From contig OZ271854.1 in assembly GCA_965601925.1 (NCBI GenBank), forward strand, positions 384,001 to 448,000: 64,000 nucleotides of DNA. The letters are read 5' to 3'. The translations under genes were made by a program, and so were the position numbers. This DNA comes from Alkalispirochaeta sp. (lineage in GTDB: Bacteria > Spirochaetota > Spirochaetia > DSM-27196 > Alkalispirochaetaceae). Of this stretch, positions 41,215-50,357 are shown piece by piece; the stretch's first letter is position 1, and every line of letters begins with the position of its first letter. The notes below the pieces were generated by a model. It was not told where the DNA came from. It saw nothing but the letters and a program-made list of their open reading frames with translations, and searched no databases.

Positions 41215-41481
41215 TTACTCTTCCTCAAATCGATTTTCAAAGAGTTGCGCCAAACTCGCGACCGCCTCTTGCTCGTCCGTTCCGTCGGCCGCGATCGTGA
41301 TCGCCGAGTTGTACCCCGCACCGAGGGTAATAATTCCCATGATCGACTTTGCGTTAATCGTCTCGTGGTCTTTTTTGAACTCGATATGCGAGGCAAATTG
41401 GGACGCCGTCTGAACGATAAGTGCCGCCGGGCGCGCGTGAATACCGGCGCGATTGCGGACCACTACCTCCTTTTCAACCAT
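41215..41481 (-). CDS. ptsH: Phosphocarrier protein HPr
   Basis: GIHARPAA (His15) and NAKSIMG (Ser46). AGGAG upstream of MVEKE. Confidence 0.95.
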   Translation of the reverse strand: MVEKEVVVRNRAGIHARPAALIVQTASQFASHIEFKKDHETINAKSIMGIITLGAGYNSAITIAADGTDEQEAVASLAQLFENRFEEE

Positions 41482-41490
41482 GAACACTCC

Positions 41491-42474
41491 TCACGAAATC
41501 GCTTTTTTCTGCAGATACGCCTTGCGGGCGTTCTCGCTATCGAGCCACCGCATGACATTTCGATTGAACTCCCGCGCGCTATAGTATCCCATTTTCTTCA
41601 GCCGCTCGTTCATCGCGGCGGTCTCGATGATGATCGGAATATTACGGCCCGGTTTGACGGGGATCTCGAGGTACGGCGTCGCTACATCCAAAATCTCCCA
41701 CGTTCGCTCTTCGGCACCGATACGATCGTACGCCTTTCTGGAGTCCCACTCTTCGAGCTGGCATATCAACTGGATCTGCTTATTCTCGCGGATCGATCCG
41801 ACGCCGAACAGATGCGTAATGTTGATGATACCCAGACCGCGGATCTCCATGTGGTGGCCCAGTGCCGGGTTGGCACCCTGGCCGAGGAGAATGTTCCCCG
41901 CCACTCGACGAATCTCCACCGCGTCGTCGGCGACCAACCGATGGCCGCGCTCGATCAGCTCCAACGCCGCCTCACTCTTGCCGACTCCGCTATCTCCCAA
42001 AATGAGCACCCCGATACCGAACACCTCGACCAACGTGCCATGGATCGTCTCGCGCTCGGCAAAGACGTTGCCCAGAGCGCGAATCAGGCGCATGACGAAC
42101 TCGCTCGTAGCAAGGCTGGTTTGGAGGGTGGGACATTCCGCCTCATCGGCGATGCGCATGAAATCTGAAGTCGGCGAGAGGCCGTGGGTAAAGACGCACG
42201 CGGGAATATCGAGACGAAACAGCTCCTCAATGGTCTCTGTCGTCCCTTCCCGCGCCAGCTTCTCGACAAAGGCCGTCTCCCCGCGCCCGAAGATCTGGAT
42301 CCGCTTCACGCCGAAGTTATCGAAGAACCCGTTCAACGCGAGTCCCGGCCGATTGAGTTCGGTGGTGGAAATCACCCGCAATAATCCCTGACGACCGCCG
42401 ATGCAGGTCAAATCGAGGTCGTTGTGTTCCTTTAGATCGAGATCCAGAAGATCGAGAACGGTAAACTGGTCCAT
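41491..42474 (-). CDS. hprK: HPr(Ser) kinase/phosphorylase
   Basis: NRPGLAL, HGTLV, GDSGVGKSE, LVADD and EIRGLGII. Confidence 0.96.
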   Translation of the reverse strand: MDQFTVLDLLDLDLKEHNDLDLTCIGGRQGLLRVISTTELNRPGLALNGFFDNFGVKRIQIFGRGETAFVEKLAREGTTETIEELFRLDIPACVFTHGLSPTSDFMRIADEAECPTLQTSLATSEFVMRLIRALGNVFAERETIHGTLVEVFGIGVLILGDSGVGKSEAALELIERGHRLVADDAVEIRRVAGNILLGQGANPALGHHMEIRGLGIINITHLFGVGSIRENKQIQLICQLEEWDSRKAYDRIGAEERTWEILDVATPYLEIPVKPGRNIPIIIETAAMNERLKKMGYYSAREFNRNVMRWLDSENARKAYLQKKAIS

Positions 42475-42476
42475 AA

Positions 42477-42776
42477 TCAGGCTTTATGATCCTGCTTCTT
42501 TTCTACTTCTTTACGAACTTTTTGGTCGACCTTGTCGACCAGCTCATTGATTCCCTTGTTCAACTCATAGGAATCGGACTTGATAACCGCGTTGGTTCCC
42601 CACCGAAAGTGAATTTTTGCCTCCAACGCAAACATATGATCCTTCTCCTTGGTGAGGGTGAAGTCCAAATCGACGATCTTGTCGGCGGCGAAATCGATTC
42701 GTTGCATGCGCGTTTCCAATAGTTGCTTGGTCTGATCGTCGGCATCAAAATGAACCGCTTTGATCGTCATATTCAT
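42477..42776 (-). CDS. hpf: Ribosome hibernation promoting factor (short HPF/RaiA)
   Basis: 99 aa directly after rpoN. MNMTIKAVHF...INELVDKVDQKVRKEVEK pattern. Confidence 0.85.
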   Translation of the reverse strand: MNMTIKAVHFDADDQTKQLLETRMQRIDFAADKIVDLDFTLTKEKDHMFALEAKIHFRWGTNAVIKSDSYELNKGINELVDKVDQKVRKEVEKKQDHKA

Positions 42777-42797
42777 GGTACACCTCCATATCGTGGA

Positions 42798-44171
42798 TCA
42801 TCGCTCGTAGGACGAGCTTATTTTGAGCTCCTTGCGGTACTTGGCGACGGTTCTCCGCGCGATCTTGATCCCCCGTTGCGCAAGCAGATCGGAGATACGC
42901 TGGTCGGAAAGGTGCTTTCCGGTCTTCTCTTCCCCTTCCAGAATCTCCCGCACGATCTCTTTCACCCCCCCTTTACTATACCGGGAACCGCTCGGTCCCG
43001 TACCGGCGATGCTATTCGAGAAGAAGTGTTTCAACTCGAAGATACCCCACTCCGTTTGAATATACTTTCCATTCGTGACCCGGGACACCGTCGCCTCGCT
43101 TACGTCTACCTCGGCTGCGATATCTTTGAGTGTGAGGGGTACGAGGTACTTTTTGCCCTTGAGAAAGAAATCGCGTTGAAAATCGAGAATCGCCCGCGCA
43201 ACCCTGAGAAGCGTCTGGTTCCGCTGCCGCACGCTGTGGATAAACCACCGCGCATCGCGTACCCGCGCGCCGGCGAAACGGCGGGCATCTTTGTCGCCAC
43301 CGTCGGCGATCTCGGAGAACATGTCGTCTACTCCCAATACCGGTATCTCCTCGTCGTTGACGACCAGTACGAACTCGCCGTCACGGCGACGCAGAATGAG
43401 ATCGGGTACGACATACCGCGACTCGTCGGTGGAAAACATGCGGCCGGGAAAGGGGGTAAGACCGCGAATCACCTCCAGCGCCGCACCGACCTCCTCGGTC
43501 GTGATCGATAGTGCGCGGGCTATCTCGCGAAACTTGCCCTTCTCCAAGGGTTCGAGATGGTCCCGTATGATCTCGGCGATACCCCGCGGCGGATCGGGCA
43601 CTCCGAGCGCCTGAACGACCAGAGACTCTTTATAGTCGGCAGTACAGCACCCGACCGGCTCGAACAGGCGAATGGTGTGCATCACCTTCCGGAGCGCCTC
43701 GTGGCGTTCGACGTCGACCAACGTCATCGGATCCTCGCGATGAAATCCATCTTCGTCGAGGTTGCGGATTAGCAGCAAGCCGAGAGCAAATTCATCCCGA
43801 TCGATCGGCTGAAGCTGCAACTGCCACACCAGATGTTCCTGGAGCGATTCGGGCCGCGAGAGCGTTCCTTCGATGAAGAGCCGTTTGCTGTCTTCATCTC
43901 CTTCGTATCGACTTCCCGTAACGAATCCCGGATCCGAGGAGTTCTCGAAATACTCGTACTCCTCGCGGCGTGCCGTCTCTTCTACTTGGGTATCGAGGGA
44001 GACGGTCGGTGTGTCCTGTACGACCTCGAGCGCCGGGTTAGCCTCCAACTCCTCGCGGATACGCAGCCTGAGATCCTGCAACGGGAGCGTCATGATCTGA
44101 ATGCTTTGCAAGAGCTGCGGAGTCATCCGAAGCTCCTGTCGCTGCACGAGCGCAGGACGTTGATACTGCAT
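42798..44171 (-). CDS. rpoN: RNA polymerase sigma-54 factor
   Basis: MTPQLLQSI, NPALE, PLTLKDIA...SEATVSR and RpoN box ARRTVAKYR. Confidence 0.97.
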   Translation of the reverse strand: MQYQRPALVQRQELRMTPQLLQSIQIMTLPLQDLRLRIREELEANPALEVVQDTPTVSLDTQVEETARREEYEYFENSSDPGFVTGSRYEGDEDSKRLFIEGTLSRPESLQEHLVWQLQLQPIDRDEFALGLLLIRNLDEDGFHREDPMTLVDVERHEALRKVMHTIRLFEPVGCCTADYKESLVVQALGVPDPPRGIAEIIRDHLEPLEKGKFREIARALSITTEEVGAALEVIRGLTPFPGRMFSTDESRYVVPDLILRRRDGEFVLVVNDEEIPVLGVDDMFSEIADGGDKDARRFAGARVRDARWFIHSVRQRNQTLLRVARAILDFQRDFFLKGKKYLVPLTLKDIAAEVDVSEATVSRVTNGKYIQTEWGIFELKHFFSNSIAGTGPSGSRYSKGGVKEIVREILEGEEKTGKHLSDQRISDLLAQRGIKIARRTVAKYRKELKISSSYER

Positions 44172-44224
44172 ACCACCCATAATGGGAGAGCCCCAAATCT
44201 TTGTCAATTTGGGGTGCCTATCGG

Positions 44225-44959
44225 TTATGACTGGTAATCGTCTCCGAGATAGATCTTTCGCGCCGTCTCGTTGGCCTCGATCTCGCCTCTCGTTCCGGCG
44301 ACGACGATCTGCCCCTGATGGATGAGGTAGGAGTAGTGCGAGATGGCCAACGTGTCCCGTTCGTTGTGATCGGTTATAAGAATGCCGATGCCCTGCGACG
44401 CCAACTGCGCGACGATCGTCTTGAGTTCGAACCGTGCCCGCGGATCGATACCGGCAAACGGCTCGTCGAGCAGCAAGAAGCGCGGCTCGATCGTAAGGGC
44501 GCGGGCGATCTCGGTACGTCGCCGTTCTCCGCCGGAGAGGGTATACGCCTTCTGTCGACGCAACGCGGTAATACCCAGCTCATCTAGGAGCTTGTCGACA
44601 CGCTCGCGCTTCTCGCCGCGCGTGAGGTCGCGGCGCGGCTCAAGCACCGCCATCAGATTTTGCTCAACCGAGAGCTTGCGAAACACCGACGGTTCTTGGG
44701 GCAGATATGATATACCCAAGCGCGCCCGTTGATACATGGGGAGGCGGGTGATGTCGTTCTCGTCGAGATACACGCTCCCCGCACTCGGCGTGATAAAGCC
44801 GACGATCATATAGAAACAGGTAGTCTTTCCCGCGCCGTTAGGACCGAGAAGGCTCACGACGCGCCCATTCTCCATCGAAAACTCGACGCCTCGGACGACC
44901 TCGCGCTTTCCGAAGCGCTTTCTCAAGCCGGCGATCCGCAAGGTATTGGTGGCATTCAC
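44225..44959 (-). CDS. lptB: LPS/glycolipid export ABC transporter ATP-binding protein
   Basis: GPNGAGKTT, YLPQEPSVF, LSGGERRRTEIARAL, LDEPFAGIDP and ITDHN. GTG start with GAGGAG. Confidence 0.94.
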   Translation of the reverse strand: MNATNTLRIAGLRKRFGKREVVRGVEFSMENGRVVSLLGPNGAGKTTCFYMIVGFITPSAGSVYLDENDITRLPMYQRARLGISYLPQEPSVFRKLSVEQNLMAVLEPRRDLTRGEKRERVDKLLDELGITALRRQKAYTLSGGERRRTEIARALTIEPRFLLLDEPFAGIDPRARFELKTIVAQLASQGIGILITDHNERDTLAISHYSYLIHQGQIVVAGTRGEIEANETARKIYLGDDYQS

Positions 44960-44966
44960 GATCTTG

Positions 44967-45803
44967 TTACTCCTCGGAAAGACGCTCGGCGGAACCGTCG
45001 GTCTCCGTCCCCTCGGTAGAAGGCTCCGGCGACCCGTCCTCGCCGCCGGTCGACTCGTCGATGGCCCCTTCACCCTCAGATGCTTCTCCCGACTCTCCGG
45101 TATCTTCCCCGGCGTCCCCGAGTTCGGACTCGTCGTTTGCGGCGCTTTCTTCGGCGTCCGCCGCCTCCTCATCGTCCTCGACGACCACCGACCCTTCGAC
45201 CCGTCCCTGCAGCTCGATCTCTTCGGTCTCGAGGTTGAGGACGATACGGCTCGCCCGATACTCGTCGCCGCGCCAGAAGACCACGGGGAATCCCGAGAGC
45301 TCCAGGATCTCCTCAGCGCGACGGTATCGGAGAAACTGCGCCCGGGCCGTGAGATCGTCCTGCAACACCCGCACCGCAATCTGTACGAAAATGAGATCGC
45401 CGCCGTCGCGTGTTTCGAGGTATCCGCCTTTGAGGAGAAGCTCGTTCCCGGCGTCTTCCACCACGACCGATCCCTGTGCTTGAGAGTTCTCCGTCTCCCG
45501 GTCGAACCGTAGCGACTCGGCGGTGATTACCAGGTCGCGTTCGGCGTCGGTGACGCGCACGTTTCCTCTCGTCTCGGCGTAACGAAAGTCGGTGCCCGAA
45601 AGCTCGATCTCATCGGCGTCCAACGTGATCGCGTCGCTGACCACGCGGGCGTTGCCTTCCAGGAGCGTACGTTCCCGCCCTTCGGCCAGAACGACCTCCG
45701 TTCGATCGCCGGAAAACGAAAATGCGTCAGCGTGCGCAAAGCCGCCGCCGACAATGAAACAGAGCACAACCGACGCGATCGCCGTCGTTTCGCGGCGCCT
45801 CAA
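44967..45803 (-). CDS. lptA: LptA/OstA family periplasmic protein with acidic tail
   Basis: Signal peptide and beta-jellyroll repeats (LEGNARV, RGNVRV, QGSVVV). Lies between lptC and lptB. Confidence 0.8.
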   Translation of the reverse strand: MRRRETTAIASVVLCFIVGGGFAHADAFSFSGDRTEVVLAEGRERTLLEGNARVVSDAITLDADEIELSGTDFRYAETRGNVRVTDAERDLVITAESLRFDRETENSQAQGSVVVEDAGNELLLKGGYLETRDGGDLIFVQIAVRVLQDDLTARAQFLRYRRAEEILELSGFPVVFWRGDEYRASRIVLNLETEEIELQGRVEGSVVVEDDEEAADAEESAANDESELGDAGEDTGESGEASEGEGAIDESTGGEDGSPEPSTEGTETDGSAERLSEE

Positions 45804-46414
45804 GAGTCGTCCTCATCGGAAAACACACCCTCTACGCCGCGGTCGAACTCGAGCGAGTTACGACGCCCGTCCAAGCGCAGCCCGTAGCCGCGCAGTTGCG
45901 AGCCGTCGTCGCGGTCAAGGGTCACCACATCCTCGTCCTCACCCGACAACACGCGCTCGGCGTCATTCCAATAGAGAAACTCACTTTGGAGCTCGGCCTC
46001 TTCTACCTGGGAGTAGAACCGTACCACACCCCGTAACTCGACGTTCTCGGTATCGAAAAAAAGCGTTCCCGCCTCGGCGCGTCCCTCCAGCCGGAGCTCC
46101 CCGTCGGGGCCGAACTCGCGAAACTCGAGTCCGCCGAACTGTTGATATCCTTCGTCCGGAAAACTCGCGATCCGGCGCGCCGTGAGCTCCAGGCGGTTTT
46201 CGCGCTCTATCACCATGCGCACATCGAGAATCTCGACTTGGGGGAGCGCACCGTCCACCTCGCCCTCTATCGTCGCACCGCTGTAATCGAAGGTACACGC
46301 CGAAGCGGCGAGGAGGGAGACGACGACGCAGGCGAGCCGCTGCACCGTACGCGCAGCGCGCATCCGAGACGGTGCGCCGCACGGAGCGATCACCGGCGCG
46401 CTATACCGGTACAC
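45800..46414 (-). CDS. lptC: LptC-like protein
   Basis: N-terminal anchor/lipobox LLAASAC, LQSEFLYWND, VTLDRDDGSQLRGYG, and gene context. Exact start uncertain. Confidence 0.78.
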   Translation of the reverse strand: MYRYSAPVIAPCGAPSRMRAARTVQRLACVVVSLLAASACTFDYSGATIEGEVDGALPQVEILDVRMVIERENRLELTARRIASFPDEGYQQFGGLEFREFGPDGELRLEGRAEAGTLFFDTENVELRGVVRFYSQVEEAELQSEFLYWNDAERVLSGEDEDVVTLDRDDGSQLRGYGLRLDGRRNSLEFDRGVEGVFSDEDDS

Positions 46415-48023
46415 CGACCGTCATCCGCTCGACGGCGGCGCCGATAAACCCGCGAAAGAGGGGGTGCGCCTCCACCGGTTTGGACTTGAACTCGGGATGA
46501 AACTGGACGCCGACACCCCAGGGGTGCCCCGCCCACTCCAACGACTCGACCAACGAATAATCCTCCGTTACACCGGCGGTAATAAGGCCGCTCTCGTTCA
46601 GCTGCTGTCGATACGCGTTGGAGACCTCGTAACGGTGTCGGTGGCGCTCCTCCACGATCTCACGTCCGTACACCGTCCTGATCGTCGTCCCCGGTAAGAG
46701 CCGCGACTTACTCGCTCCGAGGCGCATCGTACCGCCGTAGTTCTTCACATCGACCTGCTCTTCCAGAAGGCTCACCACCGGATGGTTGCATTCGGGGGCG
46801 AACTCGGTGCTGTCCGCATCCTCGAAGCCCAAGACGTGGCGGGCGTACTCGATGACCATGACCTGCATGCCGAGACAGATACCGAAGTAAGGAATGCCTC
46901 CGGTGCGCGCATACTCTGCGGCAAGTACCATGCCGTTGACGCCGCGCCCGCCGAAGCCTCCGGGGATTAGGATACCGTGTACCCCGGAAAAAATCTCATC
47001 GAAGTCGGCGTCCGGCTTCTCCAGACGTTCGGAGTCGATTTTGACCAACTCCACACGGCACTCGTTGGCGATTCCGCCGTGGAAGAGCGCCTCGTCGACC
47101 GACTTGTAGGAGTCGGAAAGCTCAATGTACTTACCTACCACGGCGATCCGTGCGACGCACTCCGAACCGGTGACGACGCGTACGACGCGCTCCCAGTCGG
47201 AAAGTTTCGCCGGCGATATCTCGATGCCCAGGCGCTTCATCGCAATCTCATCGAGTCCCTGACGATGGTACATCAACGGTATCTCGTACAACGTCGACTG
47301 GATGTCGTAGGCGGAGATGACACCTTCGACGGCGACGTTGGTAAAGAGAGCTATTTTCCGCTTGAGATCGTCGGGAAGGGCCGCAGGCGCCCGGCATAGA
47401 AGGATATCGGGTTGAATACCGATCTCCCGCAACTCCTTGACCGAATGCTGGGTCGGCTTCGTTTTGAGCTCGCCGTTCACTACCTCGGGAATAAGCGTCA
47501 CATGCACGGCGAGCACGTTGGCGGCGCCCAACTCGTGAATAATCTGGCGTACCGATTCGAGAAAGGGAAACGATTCGATATCGCCGACCGTGCCGCCGAT
47601 CTCGACGATCGTGACATCGACCCCCTCCTCGTCACCGACGGCTCGAATTCGCTGCTTGATGCGGTCCGAAATATGCGGGATTACCTGCACGGTACGCCCT
47701 AAGTAACGACCTTCGCGCTCGCGCCGAATTACTTCTTGGTACACCTGGCCCGTGGTGATGGAGTTTGCCCGCGAGAGTGGCGATGAAGTAAAACGTGCGT
47801 AATTTCCTAAATCGAGATCGGTTTCGGCGCCGTCGTCGGTGACGTAAACCTCGCCGTGTTGATACGGACTCATCGTCCCCGCATCGACATTGATGTAGGG
47901 ATCGACCTTTATCATACGGACTGCAAGTCCCCGACTCTCCAGAAGACTCCCCAAAGATGCGGCTGCGATTCCCTTTCCGAGACTCGAGCAAACACCACCG
48001 GTAACAAATATGTACTTGTTCAT
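46401..48023 (-). CDS. pyrG: CTP synthase
   Basis: KYIFVTGGVCSSLGKG, KTKPTQHSV, GICLGMQ, RHRHRYE and QFHPEF. Confidence 0.98.
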   Translation of the reverse strand: MNKYIFVTGGVCSSLGKGIAAASLGSLLESRGLAVRMIKVDPYINVDAGTMSPYQHGEVYVTDDGAETDLDLGNYARFTSSPLSRANSITTGQVYQEVIRREREGRYLGRTVQVIPHISDRIKQRIRAVGDEEGVDVTIVEIGGTVGDIESFPFLESVRQIIHELGAANVLAVHVTLIPEVVNGELKTKPTQHSVKELREIGIQPDILLCRAPAALPDDLKRKIALFTNVAVEGVISAYDIQSTLYEIPLMYHRQGLDEIAMKRLGIEISPAKLSDWERVVRVVTGSECVARIAVVGKYIELSDSYKSVDEALFHGGIANECRVELVKIDSERLEKPDADFDEIFSGVHGILIPGGFGGRGVNGMVLAAEYARTGGIPYFGICLGMQVMVIEYARHVLGFEDADSTEFAPECNHPVVSLLEEQVDVKNYGGTMRLGASKSRLLPGTTIRTVYGREIVEERHRHRYEVSNAYRQQLNESGLITAGVTEDYSLVESLEWAGHPWGVGVQFHPEFKSKPVEAHPLFRGFIGAAVERMTVGVPV

Positions 48024-48063
48024 CCCGGGGCTTCATTATCCGCGCCGCTTTGCGCGCTGTCAA
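48024..48063 (-). promoter_or_regulatory. Sigma-70 promoter of pyrG
   Basis: TTGACA (48063-48058)-N17-GATAAT (48040-48035), ending 11 nt before the ATG. Confidence 0.75.
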
Positions 48064-48113
48064 CGAACGAAGGGGGTCATACGGCAATTCTTGTTGTGAT
48101 AAGAATCGTCGGG

Positions 48114-48153
48114 GCCCCCGGCACTTCCTCCGCTCGTCGGAAGTGCCGGGGGC
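48114..48153. repeat. Perfect 15-bp inverted repeat between divergent promoters
   Basis: GCCCCCGGCACTTCC-N10-GGAAGTGCCGGGGGC. Confidence 0.9.
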
Positions 48154-48168
48154 TGTCGAGAATGATGT

Positions 48169-48197
48169 TTGACAGCACCTACACCAACGATTACTCT
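48169..48197 (+). promoter_or_regulatory. Sigma-70 promoter of cheR-cheB
   Basis: TTGACA-N17-TACTCT. Confidence 0.65.
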
Positions 48198-48235
48198 TAG
48201 GGCAAGAAATGTGAACCTTTTAAAGATAGTACACT

Positions 48236-49051
48236 ATGTCTGACTTCCTTGGCGACGCCGACTTCGAGCGATTTCGAAGCTTAATTTACGATGAGAGCGG
48301 AATTCACTTTTCCGAAACCAATCGAACTATCCTGGAGAGCCGTCTCAAGGAGCGGTTGCGGGCGGCTAACATAGAAACCGTCGGCGAGTACTACACGTAC
48401 GTTCGTTCCACCGGCGAAGAACTCAAAGTGCTGCTCGACGCGGTGACGACCAACCTCACCCGCTTTTTTCGAAACGCGGCACACTGGCAAACGTTCGAGA
48501 ATTACGTGATGCCGGACTTAATCCAGCGAAAGCGTGCCAGCGGAGATCAAACGTTTCGGATGTGGAGCGCCGGATGCTCCACCGGCGAAGAACCCTACAC
48601 GCTCGCCATAGAGATGCTGGAACTCATGCCCCCCGGGTTCAGCGTCGAGATTCTCGCCTCCGACTTAAGTCTCAAGTCGCTCTTAACGGGTCAGCAGGGG
48701 TACTATCGGGAGAGCCGCGTCGCGGGCATACCGGAAGGGCACCTGGCCAAGTACTTCGATCACAAAGAGGGCGGCTACCAAGCCAAAGACGAAGTAAAGA
48801 GACTGATCAAGTTCGACTATCACAACCTCAAGCACGACAGCGGGCGACGAAATCTCGATGTCGTGTTTTGCCGCAACGTATTGATCTACTTCGACGATGC
48901 CGCGCAAAAGGCGGTCGTCGACCGATTCTGGCAGGCGATGGCGTCTCACTCGTATCTGTTTATCGGACACAGCGAGTCGTTATTCGGTATGGAGACCGAT
49001 TTCAAGTTCATTAGAACCGATTGGGCGTGCATCTACGGGAAAGAGGTCTGA
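48236..49051 (+). CDS. cheR: Chemotaxis protein-glutamate methyltransferase
   Basis: TTNLTRFFRN, WSAGCSTGEEPY, FCRNVLIYFD and IGHSESL. Confidence 0.96.
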   Translation: MSDFLGDADFERFRSLIYDESGIHFSETNRTILESRLKERLRAANIETVGEYYTYVRSTGEELKVLLDAVTTNLTRFFRNAAHWQTFENYVMPDLIQRKRASGDQTFRMWSAGCSTGEEPYTLAIEMLELMPPGFSVEILASDLSLKSLLTGQQGYYRESRVAGIPEGHLAKYFDHKEGGYQAKDEVKRLIKFDYHNLKHDSGRRNLDVVFCRNVLIYFDDAAQKAVVDRFWQAMASHSYLFIGHSESLFGMETDFKFIRTDWACIYGKEV

Positions 49052-49054
49052 CAT

Positions 49055-50242
49055 ATGGAAATCGGTGTTCTCGTGGTAGACGATTCCGCTTTGATGCGCA
49101 ATCTGGTGAGTCGCATCGTCAACGCCGCACCGGATCTCACCGTCGTCGGGACGGCGATGAACGGAGAGTTTGCACTGAGCAAAATTCCTCGCCTCAAGCC
49201 GGACATTATCGTCCTCGACATCGAGATGCCGGTCATGACGGGCATCGAGTTTCTTCAGGAGCGGGAGAAGCGGGGAATAGACATACCGGTCATTATTCTC
49301 TCTTCGATCGCCCAGAAAGGCGCTAAAGTCACGATGGAGGCGTTGGCCCACGGGGCCAGCGACTTCATTACCAAACCGTCCGGCGCAATTTCCCAGGATA
49401 TTCACATCGTCGGCAATCAGCTGGTGGCGCTGCTTCGCGGATACGGCGGGAAATACCGCCGGATGCGGGGACTGGAAGTGCCCCCGGCGCCGGATGATGA
49501 CGGTGCGTTCGTACCCCAGACTCGCGGCGACTCGACGCCGCCGGCCGCGGCACATAGCGTTCCGGACGCGCACGAGGACGGCGTTGCGACGGTTGACCGC
49601 CCTATCCAAAAAAAGCCGGCGGTTGTCGTTGAACGCAAGAAACCGAAGAGCGAGCCGGGACCACTCGAGCTTATCGTGCTCGGCATCTCTACCGGTGGGC
49701 CGAATGCGCTTCGCAAAGTATTCACCGATATAGACGGCGACATCGGCGTCCCGATCGTCGTCGTCCAACATATGCCCGCCGGGTTCACCACCGAGTTCGC
49801 CCGAAGCCTCGATCGCGTTTCATCGCTTGAGGTAAAGGAGGCGGCGGACGGCGACATACTCAAGCCCGGTCGCGTACTTATCGCTCCCGGTGATTATCAC
49901 ATAGCGGTAGAGCGACGCAAACTCGCCGGCATCGCTCACCTGAATCACGACGCTCCCTGCAACGGTCACAGACCGTCGGCGGGGGTACTCTTTCAATCGG
50001 CCGCCAAGCATTACGGTAACAAGGTGATGGCCGTCATCATGACCGGCATGGGACGCGACGGCTCCTTCGAGATCGGAGAGATCTACGAGGCGGGCGGCGT
50101 CACGCTCGGGCAGGACGAGCCGTCGAGCGTCGTCTACGGCATGCCCCGGGTCGCCTTTGAGAGTGGTCATCTCCACCGCCAAGTCTCGTTGGACGAGATG
50201 GCGAAAGAGATAAACGAGACGGCGAAGACGCTGAAGGCATAG
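49055..50242 (+). CDS. cheB: Chemotaxis response regulator protein-glutamate methylesterase
   Basis: Receiver VVDDS/LDIEMP, then ISTGGP, VQHMP and MTGMGRDG. Confidence 0.96.
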   Translation: MEIGVLVVDDSALMRNLVSRIVNAAPDLTVVGTAMNGEFALSKIPRLKPDIIVLDIEMPVMTGIEFLQEREKRGIDIPVIILSSIAQKGAKVTMEALAHGASDFITKPSGAISQDIHIVGNQLVALLRGYGGKYRRMRGLEVPPAPDDDGAFVPQTRGDSTPPAAAHSVPDAHEDGVATVDRPIQKKPAVVVERKKPKSEPGPLELIVLGISTGGPNALRKVFTDIDGDIGVPIVVVQHMPAGFTTEFARSLDRVSSLEVKEAADGDILKPGRVLIAPGDYHIAVERRKLAGIAHLNHDAPCNGHRPSAGVLFQSAAKHYGNKVMAVIMTGMGRDGSFEIGEIYEAGGVTLGQDEPSSVVYGMPRVAFESGHLHRQVSLDEMAKEINETAKTLKA

Positions 50243-50357
50243 ACTGCGCCGCCGACGCAGCTCACACCCCGCGAATCGCGCGGGGATGTGAAAAACGCTT
50301 TAATGAACGTTGATCTGAAAGTTTTGGAGCGAAATCACGCCCGCTGTGTCGCAGATT

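Noticed and set aside
44960..45379. N-terminal extension of lptB in the ORF track (384 aa)
   Set aside because: It overlaps lptA. An SD-supported GTG at 44959 gives a normal-sized LptB.
48064..48168. Possible tRNA upstream of pyrG
   Set aside because: No cloverleaf, T-loop GTTCRA or CCA end is recognisable on either strand.
50262..50295. Hairpin between cheB and the lipoprotein gene as an intrinsic terminator
   Set aside because: The A-run follows the stem on +, so neither strand has a U-tract after it. The hairpin is real but its function is unsupported.
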